Sequence record: NC_048064.1
DNA length: 45,185 bases
Source: Escherichia phage LL11
Reading direction: 5' to 3' (one strand)
In this document: positions 1 to 8,823 of the stretch, piece after piece
How positions within the stretch are numbered: the stretch's first letter is position 1
Layout: each line of letters begins with the position of its first letter
Notes under the pieces: generated by a model
What the model was told of the DNA's origin: nothing
Database searches by the model: none
The model's input: only the letters and a program-made list of their open reading frames with translations
Position numbers and translations under genes: made by a program

Positions 1-75
1 TGTTAGACAACCTAGGTTTATCTTAGTAGTTGTGACATGTCTCACATAAATAATCTATCTTAGTGAAACTTAGTG

Positions 76-104
76 TTGACACAGGCAATCAACAGGTATA
101 CATT
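76..104 (+). promoter_or_regulatory. putative host sigma70-type early promoter (TTGACA-N17-TACATT)
   Basis: Exact TTGACA at 76-81, 17-nt spacer, TACATT at 99-104, in the left non-coding region upstream of the early ORFs; same architecture repeated at 991-1019. Confidence 0.5.
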
Positions 105-256
105 AGCAATCAGTCGGGAGCGACATTAAATACTCAGGGTGAATGATAGAGAGCGCCCTTAACTATCCGGCCTAGCTACTGAAGCCGTTAAACAATGTTA
201 GATAGTGGAAGATGGCGCAAGCATAACCTGCCACGATAAACCAAGGTTAGCGCAAT

Positions 257-272
257 GCTCTTTAACAATTTG
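257..272 (+). repeat. early-region conserved box GCTCTTTAACAATTTG (copy 1 of 3), possible RNA processing or leader element
   Basis: Near-identical 16-mer at 257-272, 1042-1057 and 1305-1320, each 50-110 nt upstream of an early ORF start and embedded in imperfect inverted repeats. Confidence 0.4.
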
Positions 273-327
273 CTTAGTGTAACCTATGTATGCCGTGGTT
301 AATTACTTATTGAATGAGGGGTTAACT

Positions 328-426
328 ATGAATTACGAAAAACTGTATAAAGCCTATTACTATAATGCATTAGTGAGAGGAGAAGAGCCTTTGTCTTTCG
401 CTGAGTTTATGGAGGCTATATCATGA
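328..426 (+). CDS. hypothetical small early protein (32 aa)
   Basis: ATG at 328 preceded by GAGGGG; translation MNYEKLYKAYYYNALVRGEEPLSFAEFMEAIS; below track size cutoff. Confidence 0.3.
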   Translation: MNYEKLYKAYYYNALVRGEEPLSFAEFMEAIS

Positions 427-617
427 TAAGACTTTATCGCAGTAAATATAGCGAGGCATATTATACTTTAGAAGGTAACACATTAACACGTATTACCTAT
501 GGGTTTCGCCAGATTAGGCACACCCATCCTAAGATAGACCACGCGGCTTGCTTGGCAATAGGCTTGGTCTTGGTAGGTAATAACTTTAAGGGGCACTACT
601 TCAATGATTCTAACTAA
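423..617 (+). CDS. hypothetical early protein (64 aa)
   Basis: ORF track; start overlaps stop of the previous small ORF (ATGA), typical compact phage packing. Confidence 0.45.
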   Translation: MIRLYRSKYSEAYYTLEGNTLTRITYGFRQIRHTHPKIDHAACLAIGLVLVGNNFKGHYFNDSN

Positions 618-780
618 CCGTGAACTGTCCGTTCTCTTCACTCTGTTGTGCTACATGATTCGTAACAACGAATTACTTACAGACGATGGGTTAGCCTTGT
701 ATCATCGATTCCTTAACGAAGGTTGGGCCGATACAGTTAACCAGAAACGTGACCTGATGAAGGAGCTAACCAATGTTTAA
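604..780 (+). CDS. hypothetical early protein (58 aa)
   Basis: ATG at 604, translation MILTNRELSVLFTLLCYMIRNNELL...; fills the gap between neighbouring ORFs and overlaps the next start. Confidence 0.3.
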   Translation: MILTNRELSVLFTLLCYMIRNNELLTDDGLALYHRFLNEGWADTVNQKRDLMKELTNV

Positions 781-982
781 ACATGAGATTTACACCGATT
801 GCAGTAAATCGGCTAAAGTTATCTGCGAGTTGTACAAGGCAGAATGTCAGACGTACAACCTCAATGATGGAACTGAGATGTTTTATCTTCAGTTTGAAAG
901 CAAGTTATCTCACAAACGAATAGTTAACATGCTGAATAAACACTCTTTGGAGTGGGAAGAAGTAAATAGCAATAAACTTTAA
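773..982 (+). CDS. hypothetical early protein (69 aa)
   Basis: ORF track; same strand and packing as neighbours. Confidence 0.45.
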   Translation: MFKHEIYTDCSKSAKVICELYKAECQTYNLNDGTEMFYLQFESKLSHKRIVNMLNKHSLEWEEVNSNKL

Positions 983-990
983 ATTAACTA

Positions 991-1019
991 TTGACAGCCA
1001 CGGCATACAAGGTTACATT
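991..1019 (+). promoter_or_regulatory. putative host sigma70-type early promoter (TTGACA-N17-TACATT)
   Basis: Exact TTGACA at 991-996, 17-nt spacer, TACATT at 1014-1019; second copy of the 76-104 architecture. Confidence 0.5.
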
Positions 1020-1041
1020 AAGCACATAGCCGAGAGGCAAC

Positions 1042-1057
1042 GCTCTTTAACAATCTG
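1042..1057 (+). repeat. early-region conserved box (copy 2 of 3)
   Basis: GCTCTTTAACAATCTG; precedes ORF 1098-1262. Confidence 0.4.
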
Positions 1058-1097
1058 GTTTGTGTCTTGATAGGCTTACTAACAAAGGTGAACTATC

Positions 1098-1262
1098 ATG
1101 ACTAACGCACAACGTAAACGCTATGCTGCATTACAAGAGAAACTTGCTGTTGCTTATGCCGCTTGGCAAGCTAACACAGACAAGAGCAAACACGATGAAC
1201 TTTATAGTAAAGTGGTTGCAATTAATGCTAAAATAGCTAAACTTGTGAATAGTATCTTATAA
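1098..1262 (+). CDS. hypothetical early protein (54 aa)
   Basis: ATG at 1098 preceded by AAAGGTG; translation MTNAQRKRYAALQEKLAVAYAAWQANTDKSKHDELYSKVVAINAKIAKLVNSIL. Confidence 0.4.
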   Translation: MTNAQRKRYAALQEKLAVAYAAWQANTDKSKHDELYSKVVAINAKIAKLVNSIL

Positions 1263-1304
1263 GATAGTTGCTGGCACTAGCCAGCCTATCAAGGCGCAAA
1301 CCAA

Positions 1305-1320
1305 GTTCTTTAACAATTTG
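1305..1320 (+). repeat. early-region conserved box (copy 3 of 3)
   Basis: GTTCTTTAACAATTTG; precedes the Ocr-like gene at 1414. Confidence 0.4.
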
Positions 1321-1413
1321 GATGGTAGCTTCTTAGTCTGGATAGGTTAAACCTAGGAGATTCTCTTGAGTCTCCTATAATGTAACCTAACTAACTAAAT
1401 GAGGATTAATAAC

Positions 1414-1767
1414 ATGGCTATGTCTAATATGACTTACTCTCAGGTTTACAACACCGCTCATGCTGCATTAGTTGAACGTATCTGGAATGATGATATTGAT
1501 TGTATCGATAACGCACATGATGCAATCCATGAGGTAGCGGACAGTGCTGTACCAATCTATTATGCTGACATCTTCTCAGTGATGGCGAGTGAAGGCATCG
1601 ACCACTTCTTCGAGGATTCTGGCTTAATGCCAGACACTAAGGATGTGACGGTCGTACTACAAGCCCGTATTTATGAACAACTCACCATTGATTTATGGGA
1701 ACGTGTTCAATATATGATTATTGCGTACACCAATTACGCTGAGGATTCAGAAGAAGAGGCAGAATAA
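1414..1767 (+). CDS. ocr: Ocr-like DNA-mimic anti-restriction protein (T7 gp0.3 family)
   Basis: Translation from ATG 1414 (GAGGA 8 nt upstream): MAMSNMTY...[52 protein letters not shown]... with acidic tail; long blocks match T7 Ocr as I remember it; the track start at 1399 is probably too far upstream. Confidence 0.85.
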   Translation: MAMSNMTYSQVYNTAHAALVERIWNDDIDCIDNAHDAIHEVADSAVPIYYADIFSVMASEGIDHFFEDSGLMPDTKDVTVVLQARIYEQLTIDLWERVQYMIIAYTNYAEDSEEEAE

Positions 1768-1769
1768 GG

Positions 1770-1883
1770 ATGGAAAAGCAATATAACTTTATCTTTTCAG
1801 ACGGTGTAACCCTGAAGTGTTCCCTACGATTCGCACAAATTCGTGAGGAAGTACTAGGCACTACATACAAACTATTTAGCTGA
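1770..1883 (+). CDS. hypothetical small protein (37 aa)
   Basis: ATG 1770 just after the Ocr stop with AAGGA upstream; MEKQYNFIFSDGVTLKCSLRFAQIREEVLGTTYKLFS. Confidence 0.25.
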   Translation: MEKQYNFIFSDGVTLKCSLRFAQIREEVLGTTYKLFS

Positions 1884-1896
1884 CACTATAAGAGAA
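1874..1896 (+). promoter_or_regulatory. degenerate phage-RNAP promoter-like sequence (ATTTAGCTGACACTATAAGAGAA)
   Basis: Matches the SP6-type core at -17 to -2 but has A instead of G at the expected +1. Confidence 0.25.
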
Positions 1897-1959
1897 GGCT
1901 TAACAAGGCGTTGCTACGGTAGCGCCTGATTAAACTTTCACTTACTAGGAGTTAAGACT

Positions 1960-2187
1960 ATGGATTTAGATAGCATCATTATGGCATTTGCTCTTATTGG
2001 CTTAAGCTGGTGCTCCTATCACCTTTACCGTGAGTTCTTATTTGATAAAGCTAAACGCAAACTAAGAAAGGAAGGCGGTAATTACCTTTGTGTAAGAGGT
2101 GGGCTTGTAGAATACATTGCACCTAACGGCACGGAATGCTCCATTAGCAAAGATGCATTTATAGAGACGTGGCATTACATCAAGTAA
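1960..2187 (+). CDS. hypothetical early protein with hydrophobic N-terminus (75 aa)
   Basis: ORF track; N-terminal segment IIMAFALIGLSWCSY looks membrane-spanning; RBS GGAG upstream. Confidence 0.45.
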   Translation: MDLDSIIMAFALIGLSWCSYHLYREFLFDKAKRKLRKEGGNYLCVRGGLVEYIAPNGTECSISKDAFIETWHYIK

Positions 2188-2251
2188 CTAGCCTATAGCC
2201 TGCCTGTGTGGGCTATGTGATATTTACTTATCATTATATAAGGTGACTATT

Positions 2252-3178
2252 ATGACTACTGAAAACATCCTCCTCCTGTCTGTCCGTGAAGCTGCAACCG
2301 CTGAGATTAAGCAGCATTTGGATAATATCGGCACTTCTTACATCAAAGTAGGTGCTTGTCTGAATGAGTTACGCGGAGACTTCGAAGGTCAAAAAGAGTT
2401 CTTAGCCTATGTTGAAGCAGAGTTTGCCATCAAGAAGGCACAATGCTACAAGCTGATGAGTGTAGCCCGTGTCTTTGAAGGAGACGAACGCTTTAAAGGT
2501 GTGGCTATGCGTGTAATGCTGGCGCTTGTTCCTTTCGCTGATGAAAATATAATCATGGAGAAGGCCGCAGAACTCGCCGCAGATGGCAAGCTGGACACTA
2601 ATGCCGTAAATGCCTTGATTGACCCTAAGAAAGAGACGAAGGCTGAGACGATACAAACTAAGCCTAAGACAGTAAAACCGCAGGAGAACGCGACTGAGGC
2701 CGCAGAAACTATGCAAGGACATGCAACCTTTGAGGATTTCATCTTAGAGAAGGCGAAAGAGGAATTACAAAGTGTGCCGCCAGCAAGTGAGTCGGGTAAC
2801 GACGAATCCGCACCGTGGGAAGATGAAAGCAAGCCGGAAGACACAAAGGCAGCGCCGCTGGATAACACGGCTAATACTGAGAGTGCCGCTATTGCTGGTC
2901 TGCTGGCACAAATTAAAGCACTGACTGAGCAATTACAGGCAGCAAATGACCGCATCGCCTCCTTAAGTAGCGCACGCGAAAGCAAGAAGGCAGCCGCGCC
3001 TATGCTGCCGCAATTCAAATCTTCCTGCTTCTATGCTCGCTTAGGTTTAAGCGCTGAGGAGGCAACGAAGAAAACAGCAGTTAACAAGGCACGCCGCGAA
3101 CTGGTTAAGCTGGGATACGGTGAAGGCCATGAGGCATGGCCCTTAATCTCTGAGGCAGTAGAAGAGTTGACTAAGTAA
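2252..3178 (+). CDS. hypothetical early protein (about 308 aa) in the position of T7 gene 0.7, no kinase motifs seen
   Basis: Long ORF directly upstream of the RNAP gene; ATG 2252 with AAGGTGA RBS (track start 2243 is a GTG); helical N-terminal domain, acidic low-complexity linker, coiled-coil segment. Confidence 0.6.
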   Translation: MTTENILLLSVREAATAEIKQHLDNIGTSYIKVGACLNELRGDFEGQKEFLAYVEAEFAIKKAQCYKLMSVARVFEGDERFKGVAMRVMLALVPFADENIIMEKAAELAADGKLDTNAVNALIDPKKETKAETIQTKPKTVKPQENATEAAETMQGHATFEDFILEKAKEELQSVPPASESGNDESAPWEDESKPEDTKAAPLDNTANTESAAIAGLLAQIKALTEQLQAANDRIASLSSARESKKAAAPMLPQFKSSCFYARLGLSAEEATKKTAVNKARRELVKLGYGEGHEAWPLISEAVEELTK

Positions 3179-3241
3179 CCTTATCGGTGGCATCTTCTTA
3201 GGTGTCACCTATTAAGGTTTCTTTCACTAGGAGTAAACAAG

Positions 3242-5869
3242 ATGCAAGACCTACACGCTATTCAACTTCAACTTGAAGAAGAAATGTTTAACGGCGGTAT
3301 CCGTCGCTTTGAAGCGGACCAACAACGCCAGATTGCATCCGGTAATGAATCTGACACGGCATGGAATCGCCGCTTATTGTCCGAACTAATCGCACCTATG
3401 GCGGAAGGTATTCAGGCTTATAAAGAAGAGTACGAAGGAAAGCGCGGTCGTGCACCACGTGCATTGGCTTTCATTAACTGCGTAGAAAATGAAGTGGCAG
3501 CATATATCACGATGAAAATCGTTATGGATATGCTGAACACGGATGTAACCTTGCAGGCTATAGCCATGAATGTAGCTGACCGCATTGAGGACCAAGTACG
3601 TTTTAGCAAGCTGGAAGGTCACGCCGCCAAATACTTTGAGAAAGTTAAGAAGTCGCTTAAGGCAAGTAAGACTAAATCATATCGCCATGCGCACAACGTA
3701 GCGGTCGTGGCTGAGAAGTCAGTAGCGGACCGTGACGCTGATTTCTCTCGCTGGGAGGCGTGGCCTAAAGATACCTTGCTACAAATCGGTATGACCTTGC
3801 TAGAAATACTGGAAAATAGTGTATTCTTCAATGGTCAGCCTGTCTTTCTTCGCACCTTGCGCACTAATGGTGGCAAGCATGGCGTTTACTACTTACAGAC
3901 TAGCGAACACGTGGGTGAATGGATAACTGCATTTAAAGAGCACGTAGCTCAGCTGAGTCCAGCCTATGCGCCTTGCGTTATTCCTCCTCGTCCGTGGGTT
4001 TCTCCGTTTAATGGTGGCTTCCATACCGAGAAGGTGGCGAGTCGTATTCGTCTGGTTAAAGGAAACCGCGAGCACGTCCGCAAGTTGACCAAAAAGCAAA
4101 TGCCAGCGGTTTACAAGGCTGTTAACGCTTTGCAGGCGACTAAGTGGCAGGTTAATAAAGAGGTTTTGCAGGTAGTAGAGGACGTTATCCGTCTCGACCT
4201 TGGTTATGGTGTGCCTTCCTTTAAACCACTCATCGACCGTGAGAACAAGCCAGCTAATCCAGTGCCGTTAGAGTTCCAGCACCTGCGAGGCCGTGAACTT
4301 AAAGAGATGCTAACGCCGGAACAATGGCAAGCCTTCATCAACTGGAAAGGCGAATGTACCAAGCTGTATACCGCTGAAACTAAGCGCGGCAGCAAGTCGG
4401 CGGCAACCGTTCGCATGGTCGGGCAGGCCCGTAAATACAGCCAGTTTGACGCAATATACTTCGTGTATGCACTGGATAGCCGTTCGCGCGTTTATGCGCA
4501 ATCTAGCACGCTCTCGCCGCAATCAAACGACTTAGGCAAGGCATTGCTCCGTTTTACCGAAGGGCAGCGTCTTGATAGCGCTGAGGCGCTTAAGTGGTTT
4601 TTGGTGAACGGGGCGAATAACTGGGGCTGGGATAAGAAAACTTTTGACGTGCGTACCGCTAACGTGCTGGATGGCGAATTTCAAGACATGTGCCGCGACA
4701 TTGCAGCCGACCCGCTGACCTTCACTCAATGGGTAAATGCTGATTCCCCTTATGGCTTCCTTGCATGGTGCTTTGAATATGCGCGTTATCTGGATGCACT
4801 GGACGAAGGAACGCAAGACCAATTCATGACGCACCTACCCGTCCATCAAGATGGTAGTTGCTCTGGTATCCAGCACTATAGCGCGATGTTACGAGATGAA
4901 GTAGGTGCGAAAGCAGTAAACCTTAAGCCTTCTGACTCCCCTCAAGATATTTATGGCGCGGTTGCGCAGGTTGTTATCCAGAAGAATTACGCCTACATGA
5001 ATGCAGACGACGCAGTGACTTTCACATCCGGAAGCGTCACACTTACAGGTGCAGAACTGCGTAGCATGGCTAGTGCGTGGGATATGATAGGAATCACTCG
5101 CGGCCTGACCAAAAAGCCCGTAATGACACTACCTTATGGCAGCACACGTCTAACCTGCCGTGAGTCAGTGATTGATTATATCGTTGATTTAGAAGAAAAA
5201 GAGGCCCAACGGGCTATTGCGGAAGGGCGTACCGCCAATCCTGTACACCCTTTTGATAATGACCGTAAAGACAGCCTGACACCTAGCGCAGCTTATAACT
5301 ATATGACAGCTTTAATCTGGCCTTCTATTTCGGAAGTGGTTAAAGCTCCTATAGTGGCAATGAAAATGATTCGTCAGCTTGCCCGTTTCGCAGCTAAAAG
5401 GAATGAAGGCCTAGAGTATACCCTGCCTACTGGCTTCATCTTGCAACAAAAGATTATGGCGACAGATATGCTCCGCGTATCTACTTGCTTGATGGGAGAA
5501 ATCAAGATGAGTCTACAGATTGAAACGGACGTAGTGGATGAAACGGCTATGATGGGCGCTGCTGCTCCTAACTTTGTGCATGGTCATGATGCCAGTCACC
5601 TTATCTTAACGGTCTGCGACCTTGTTGATAAAGGGATTACATCTATCGCAGTAATTCATGATTCTTTTGGCACTCATGCAGGCCGTACAGCCGATCTACG
5701 CAACAGCTTAAGGGCAGAAATGGTGAAAATGTATCAAGGCCGTAATGCACTGCAAAGCCTGCTAGATGAGCACGAAGAACGCTGGTTAGTTGATACAGGA
5801 ATCCAAGTACCAGAGCAAGGGGAGTTTGACCTTAACGAAATCTTAGTTTCAGACTATTGCTTCGCATAA
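3242..5869 (+). CDS. single-subunit DNA-directed RNA polymerase (SP6/K1-5 type)
   Basis: 875 aa; N-terminus [32 protein letters not shown]... and motifs [17 protein letters not shown] and [10 protein letters not shown] match my memory of SP6 RNAP; AGGAG RBS; cognate promoters throughout the window. Confidence 0.97.
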   Translation: MQDLHAIQLQLEEEMFNGGIRRFEADQQRQIASGNESDTAWNRRLLSELIAPMAEGIQAYKEEYEGKRGRAPRALAFINCVENEVAAYITMKIVMDMLNTDVTLQAIAMNVADRIEDQVRFSKLEGHAAKYFEKVKKSLKASKTKSYRHAHNVAVVAEKSVADRDADFSRWEAWPKDTLLQIGMTLLEILENSVFFNGQPVFLRTLRTNGGKHGVYYLQTSEHVGEWITAFKEHVAQLSPAYAPCVIPPRPWVSPFNGGFHTEKVASRIRLVKGNREHVRKLTKKQMPAVYKAVNALQATKWQVNKEVLQVVEDVIRLDLGYGVPSFKPLIDRENKPANPVPLEFQHLRGRELKEMLTPEQWQAFINWKGECTKLYTAETKRGSKSAATVRMVGQARKYSQFDAIYFVYALDSRSRVYAQSSTLSPQSNDLGKALLRFTEGQRLDSAEALKWFLVNGANNWGWDKKTFDVRTANVLDGEFQDMCRDIAADPLTFTQWVNADSPYGFLAWCFEYARYLDALDEGTQDQFMTHLPVHQDGSCSGIQHYSAMLRDEVGAKAVNLKPSDSPQDIYGAVAQVVIQKNYAYMNADDAVTFTSGSVTLTGAELRSMASAWDMIGITRGLTKKPVMTLPYGSTRLTCRESVIDYIVDLEEKEAQRAIAEGRTANPVHPFDNDRKDSLTPSAAYNYMTALIWPSISEVVKAPIVAMKMIRQLARFAAKRNEGLEYTLPTGFILQQKIMATDMLRVSTCLMGEIKMSLQIETDVVDETAMMGAAAPNFVHGHDASHLILTVCDLVDKGITSIAVIHDSFGTHAGRTADLRNSLRAEMVKMYQGRNALQSLLDEHEERWLVDTGIQVPEQGEFDLNEILVSDYCFA

Positions 5870-5877
5870 TATTAATA

Positions 5878-5907
5878 GGCCATTCCTTCGGGAGTGGCCT
5901 TTCTTTT
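5878..5907 (+). terminator. rho-independent terminator after the RNAP gene
   Basis: GGCCATTCC-TTCG-GGAGTGGCC stem-loop (UUCG tetraloop) followed by TTTCTTTT. Confidence 0.7.
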
Positions 5908-5942
5908 ACCGACTACCTGTAACATTTCATTAACATAAACGT

Positions 5943-5958
5943 GTCTCACACGTGAGAC
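5943..5958 (+). repeat. hairpin palindrome GTCTCAC-NN-GTGAGAC (family copy 1)
   Basis: GTCTCACACGTGAGAC immediately upstream of promoter 5961. Confidence 0.7.
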
Positions 5959-5960
5959 TT

Positions 5961-5983
5961 ATTTACCGGACACTATAGGATAA
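5961..5983 (+). promoter_or_regulatory. phage RNAP promoter (ATTTACCGGACACTATAGGATAA)
   Basis: Match to the window consensus ATTTACTGGACACTATAGAAGAG; first promoter downstream of the RNAP gene. Confidence 0.7.
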
Positions 5984-6123
5984 CCGTCGGAGACGGAGAG
6001 AGAAGGGAAGATAAGGATATAAAGGAAGTAATAGGTATTAAAGGTTATATAGGTTTACCTAGGAATACCTATTACCTTCTTCCTTCCTCTTATTACTACT
6101 TAGAGGAAGGGCAGACCTAAGTT
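5984..6123 (+). other. structured AT/purine-rich region between tandem phage promoters; candidate primary replication origin
   Basis: Inverted repeat GGAAGTAATAGGTATT ... AATACCTATTACCTTCC, purine-rich arm GGAGAGAGAAGGGAAG facing pyrimidine-rich arm CTTCTTCCTTCCTCTT, small hairpin CCGTCGGAGACGG; flanked by promoters at 5961 and 6145. Confidence 0.35.
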
Positions 6124-6139
6124 GTCTCACATGTGAGAC
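6124..6139 (+). repeat. hairpin palindrome (family copy 2)
   Basis: GTCTCACATGTGAGAC, perfect 16-bp palindrome, just upstream of promoter 6145. Confidence 0.7.
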
Positions 6140-6144
6140 TTCGT

Positions 6145-6167
6145 ATTTACCGGACAGTATAGATAAG
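6145..6167 (+). promoter_or_regulatory. phage RNAP promoter variant (ATTTACCGGACAGTATAGATAAG)
   Basis: Consensus match except C to G at -5; upstream of the gp1.1-like ORF. Confidence 0.5.
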
Positions 6168-6192
6168 ACTAACTTACTTTGGAGATTTAACC

Positions 6193-6321
6193 ATGCGTAA
6201 CTTTGAGAAGATGACCCGTAAAGCTAACCGTTTTGACATGGAAGAAGGGCAGACGAAAGGCAAGAAGCTGAATAAACCTGTCCGTGACCGTGCATCTAAA
6301 CGCGCAGCGTGGGAGTGCTAA
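6193..6321 (+). CDS. gp1.1-like small basic protein (42 aa)
   Basis: MRNFEKMTRKANRFDMEEGQTKGKKLNKPVRDRASKRAAWEC resembles T7 gp1.1 as I remember it; GGAGA RBS. Confidence 0.65.
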   Translation: MRNFEKMTRKANRFDMEEGQTKGKKLNKPVRDRASKRAAWEC

Positions 6322-6324
6322 GTT

Positions 6325-6762
6325 ATGGAGATATGGATGCCAGTGCTAGGGCATGAATCCTACCACGTATCAAACCTAGGCCGTGTACGAGGAAAGAATG
6401 GTAAAATCCTTAAAGCAGGCTATGCAAGAGGTTACTTAAATGTTGTATTAGACAACAAGACGTACCCTGTTCATAGACTTGTGGCTTTATCTTTCGTAGA
6501 CGGTTACGCACCTGGGTTGGTTGTCAATCATATAGATGAATGTAAACATCATAATTTTGCATTTAATTTAGAATGGGTGACACAAGCTGCTAACGTAGAA
6601 CACAGTTTGGCAACAGACTTTGTAGTGCTCGACCCTGCTGGCGTAAAATATAAAGGGCGCAACGCCTCACGATTTGCACGAGAACACGGTTTATGCCCTC
6701 GCACTTTTCGTAAAATGTTGGCTGGTCAAATTTCTCACCATAAAGGTTGGACTAAAGTATGA
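6325..6762 (+). CDS. HNH homing endonuclease (paralog 1 of 3)
   Basis: 145 aa; N-terminal MEIWMPVLGHESYHVSNLGRVRG, HRLVA motif, NH...H..N HNH core, C-terminal HHKGW; paralogous to 10030-10509 and 44079-44540. Confidence 0.8.
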   Translation: MEIWMPVLGHESYHVSNLGRVRGKNGKILKAGYARGYLNVVLDNKTYPVHRLVALSFVDGYAPGLVVNHIDECKHHNFAFNLEWVTQAANVEHSLATDFVVLDPAGVKYKGRNASRFAREHGLCPRTFRKMLAGQISHHKGWTKV

Positions 6763-8747
6763 GCATTATTCAAAACGTTGGTTGTCCTGAGTGCATGAAG
6801 AACAACCACGATAAATCGCAGAACCACTTGATGATTTTCTCCGACGGGGCTGGTTACTGCAACCGTGCACACTTCCATGATAGTGGCAGACCATACTACC
6901 ATAAGCCCGAAGGTGGCATCGAGATAACCGAGTTGCCTATTACTGGCAATATCAAATACACACCTTCTCAATTCAAAGAGATGGAGAAGGAAGGGAAGAT
7001 AAGCGACCCTAAGCTACGCGCCATCGCTCTTGGTGGTATGCGTATGAAAGATCGTTGGGAGGTCATGAATGAGCAAGAAAGGGCAGACCAAGAAGCAGAG
7101 TGGAAACTTGATGTTGAATGGTTCCTCACGCTTAAGCGTAAGAACCTTGTTTCCAGACACATTCGCGGCGACATTTGCGCATTGTATGATGTACGTGTCG
7201 GACACGATGAAGAGGGTAGAGTCTCGCGGCATTACTATCCACGCTTCGAGAAAGGTGAGCTAGTAGGAGCTAAGTGTCGCACATTACCTAAAGACTTTAA
7301 GTTTGGTCATTTAGGTAAACTCTTTGGTATGCAAGATCTTTTCGGTATGAATACTTTGTCTCACGTGTTAGACAAGGGGAGACGAAAGGATTGCTTGCTT
7401 ATTGTGGGTGGGGAACTGGATGCGCTAGCAGCGCAGCAGATGCTCCTTGATTCTGCCAAGGGTACTAAGTGGGAAGGTCAACCTTACCATGTATGGTCTG
7501 TTAACAAAGGGGAGTCTTGCCTTGAAGAGATTGTGCAGAACCGTGAACACATCGCCCAATTCAAGAAGATTATTTGGGGCTTCGATGGGGATGAGGTAGG
7601 GCAGAAGCAGAACCAGCAAGCGGCTCGCCTGTTTCCTGGCAAATCCTATATCCTTGAGTACCCTTCTGGTTGCAAAGATGCCAACAAGGCATTGATGGCT
7701 GGCAAGGCTAAAGAGTTTGTTGATGCATGGTTTAATGCCAAGTCATCTGATGAAGTCTTTGGTAGCCAGATTAAATCTATCGCATCTCAAAGGGATAAGC
7801 TCAAGGCTGCACGTCCAGAGCAAGGACTATCATGGCCTTGGCCTAAGCTGAACAAGGTAACGCTAGGTATTCGTAAGAACCAGCTTATCATTATAGGTGC
7901 AGGCTCTGGTGTAGGTAAGACTGAGTTCCTTCGTGAAGTAGTTAAGCACCTCATTGAAGAACACGGTGAATCTGTAGGCATCATTTCTACAGAAGACCCG
8001 ATGGTCAAGGTGTCCCGTGCTTTTATCGGCAAGTGGATTGATAAGCGTATTGAGTTACCGCCAACCAACGACCCGAAAGAAGATGGATACCGTGAGGTGT
8101 TCGACTACACCGAGGAAGAAGCTAACGCCGCCATTGATTATGTAGCTGATACAGGTAAGCTGTTTGTGGCTGACCTAGAGGGTGACTATTCGATGGAAAA
8201 GGTAGAGCAAACTTGCCTAGAGTTTGAGGCTATGGGCATTTCTAATATCATCATTGATAACTTAACGGGGATTAAATTAGATGAGCGTGCTTTTGGTGGG
8301 AAGGTTGGTGCACTTGATGAATGCGTCAAGCGGATTGGTACTATCAAAGACAGACATGCAGTTACTATATTCCTTGTATCACACCTTACACGTCCTCCGG
8401 CAAACCGTACCCAACACGAAGAAGGTGGCGAGGTTATCCTTTCTGACTTCCGAGGCTCAGGAGCTATCGGATTCTGGGCATCTTACGCCTTGGGGATTGA
8501 GCGTAACACAAGAGCTGAAACGCTTGATGAAAGAACTACCACGTACATCTCATGTGTCAAAGACCGCGACCAAGGTATCTGGACTGGAACCAAGGTCATG
8601 CTTAAGGGTGACATTCAAACCGGACGTTTAATGGAACCACAAGCCCGTACTAAGTCATTTGATACAGGTGAAGCAAGGCAACAAGAAGTGCCTGATTTAC
8701 CGGACACTATAGAAGAGACTAACTTCGATGAAGAAAGTGAGTTTTGA
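6759..8747 (+). CDS. DNA primase/helicase (T7 gp4-like)
   Basis: 662 aa; N-terminal zinc motif CPEC...C..AH, Walker A GAGSGVGKTE, DnaB-like C-terminal half; acidic C-terminus ending ...EESEF. Confidence 0.9.
   Translation: MSIIQNVGCPECMKNNHDKSQNHLMIFSDGAGYCNRAHFHDSGRPYYHKPEGGIEITELPITGNIKYTPSQFKEMEKEGKISDPKLRAIALGGMRMKDRWEVMNEQERADQEAEWKLDVEWFLTLKRKNLVSRHIRGDICALYDVRVGHDEEGRVSRHYYPRFEKGELVGAKCRTLPKDFKFGHLGKLFGMQDLFGMNTLSHVLDKGRRKDCLLIVGGELDALAAQQMLLDSAKGTKWEGQPYHVWSVNKGESCLEEIVQNREHIAQFKKIIWGFDGDEVGQKQNQQAARLFPGKSYILEYPSGCKDANKALMAGKAKEFVDAWFNAKSSDEVFGSQIKSIASQRDKLKAARPEQGLSWPWPKLNKVTLGIRKNQLIIIGAGSGVGKTEFLREVVKHLIEEHGESVGIISTEDPMVKVSRAFIGKWIDKRIELPPTNDPKEDGYREVFDYTEEEANAAIDYVADTGKLFVADLEGDYSMEKVEQTCLEFEAMGISNIIIDNLTGIKLDERAFGGKVGALDECVKRIGTIKDRHAVTIFLVSHLTRPPANRTQHEEGGEVILSDFRGSGAIGFWASYALGIERNTRAETLDERTTTYISCVKDRDQGIWTGTKVMLKGDIQTGRLMEPQARTKSFDTGEARQQEVPDLPDTIEETNFDEESEF
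8695..8717 (+). promoter_or_regulatory. phage RNAP promoter inside the 3' end of the helicase gene
   Basis: ATTTACCGGACACTATAGAAGAG. Confidence 0.65.
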
Positions 8748-8767
8748 TTAGTGTATTTATCAGGGCT

Positions 8768-8785
8768 TGTCTCACATGTGAGACA
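8768..8785 (+). repeat. hairpin palindrome (family copy 3)
   Basis: TGTCTCACATGTGAGACA, 21 nt after the helicase stop. Confidence 0.7.
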
Positions 8786-8823
8786 GGCTCTTATTAAGTA
8801 CATTAAATAACTGGAGATTGATT

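Noticed and set aside
2243-3178. J-domain-like stretch (FYARLGLSAEEATKKTAVNKARRELVKLGYGEGHE) at the C-terminus of the early 308-aa protein
   Set aside because: The invariant HPD tripeptide is absent and the segment is too short to include helix III; the resemblance is probably fortuitous
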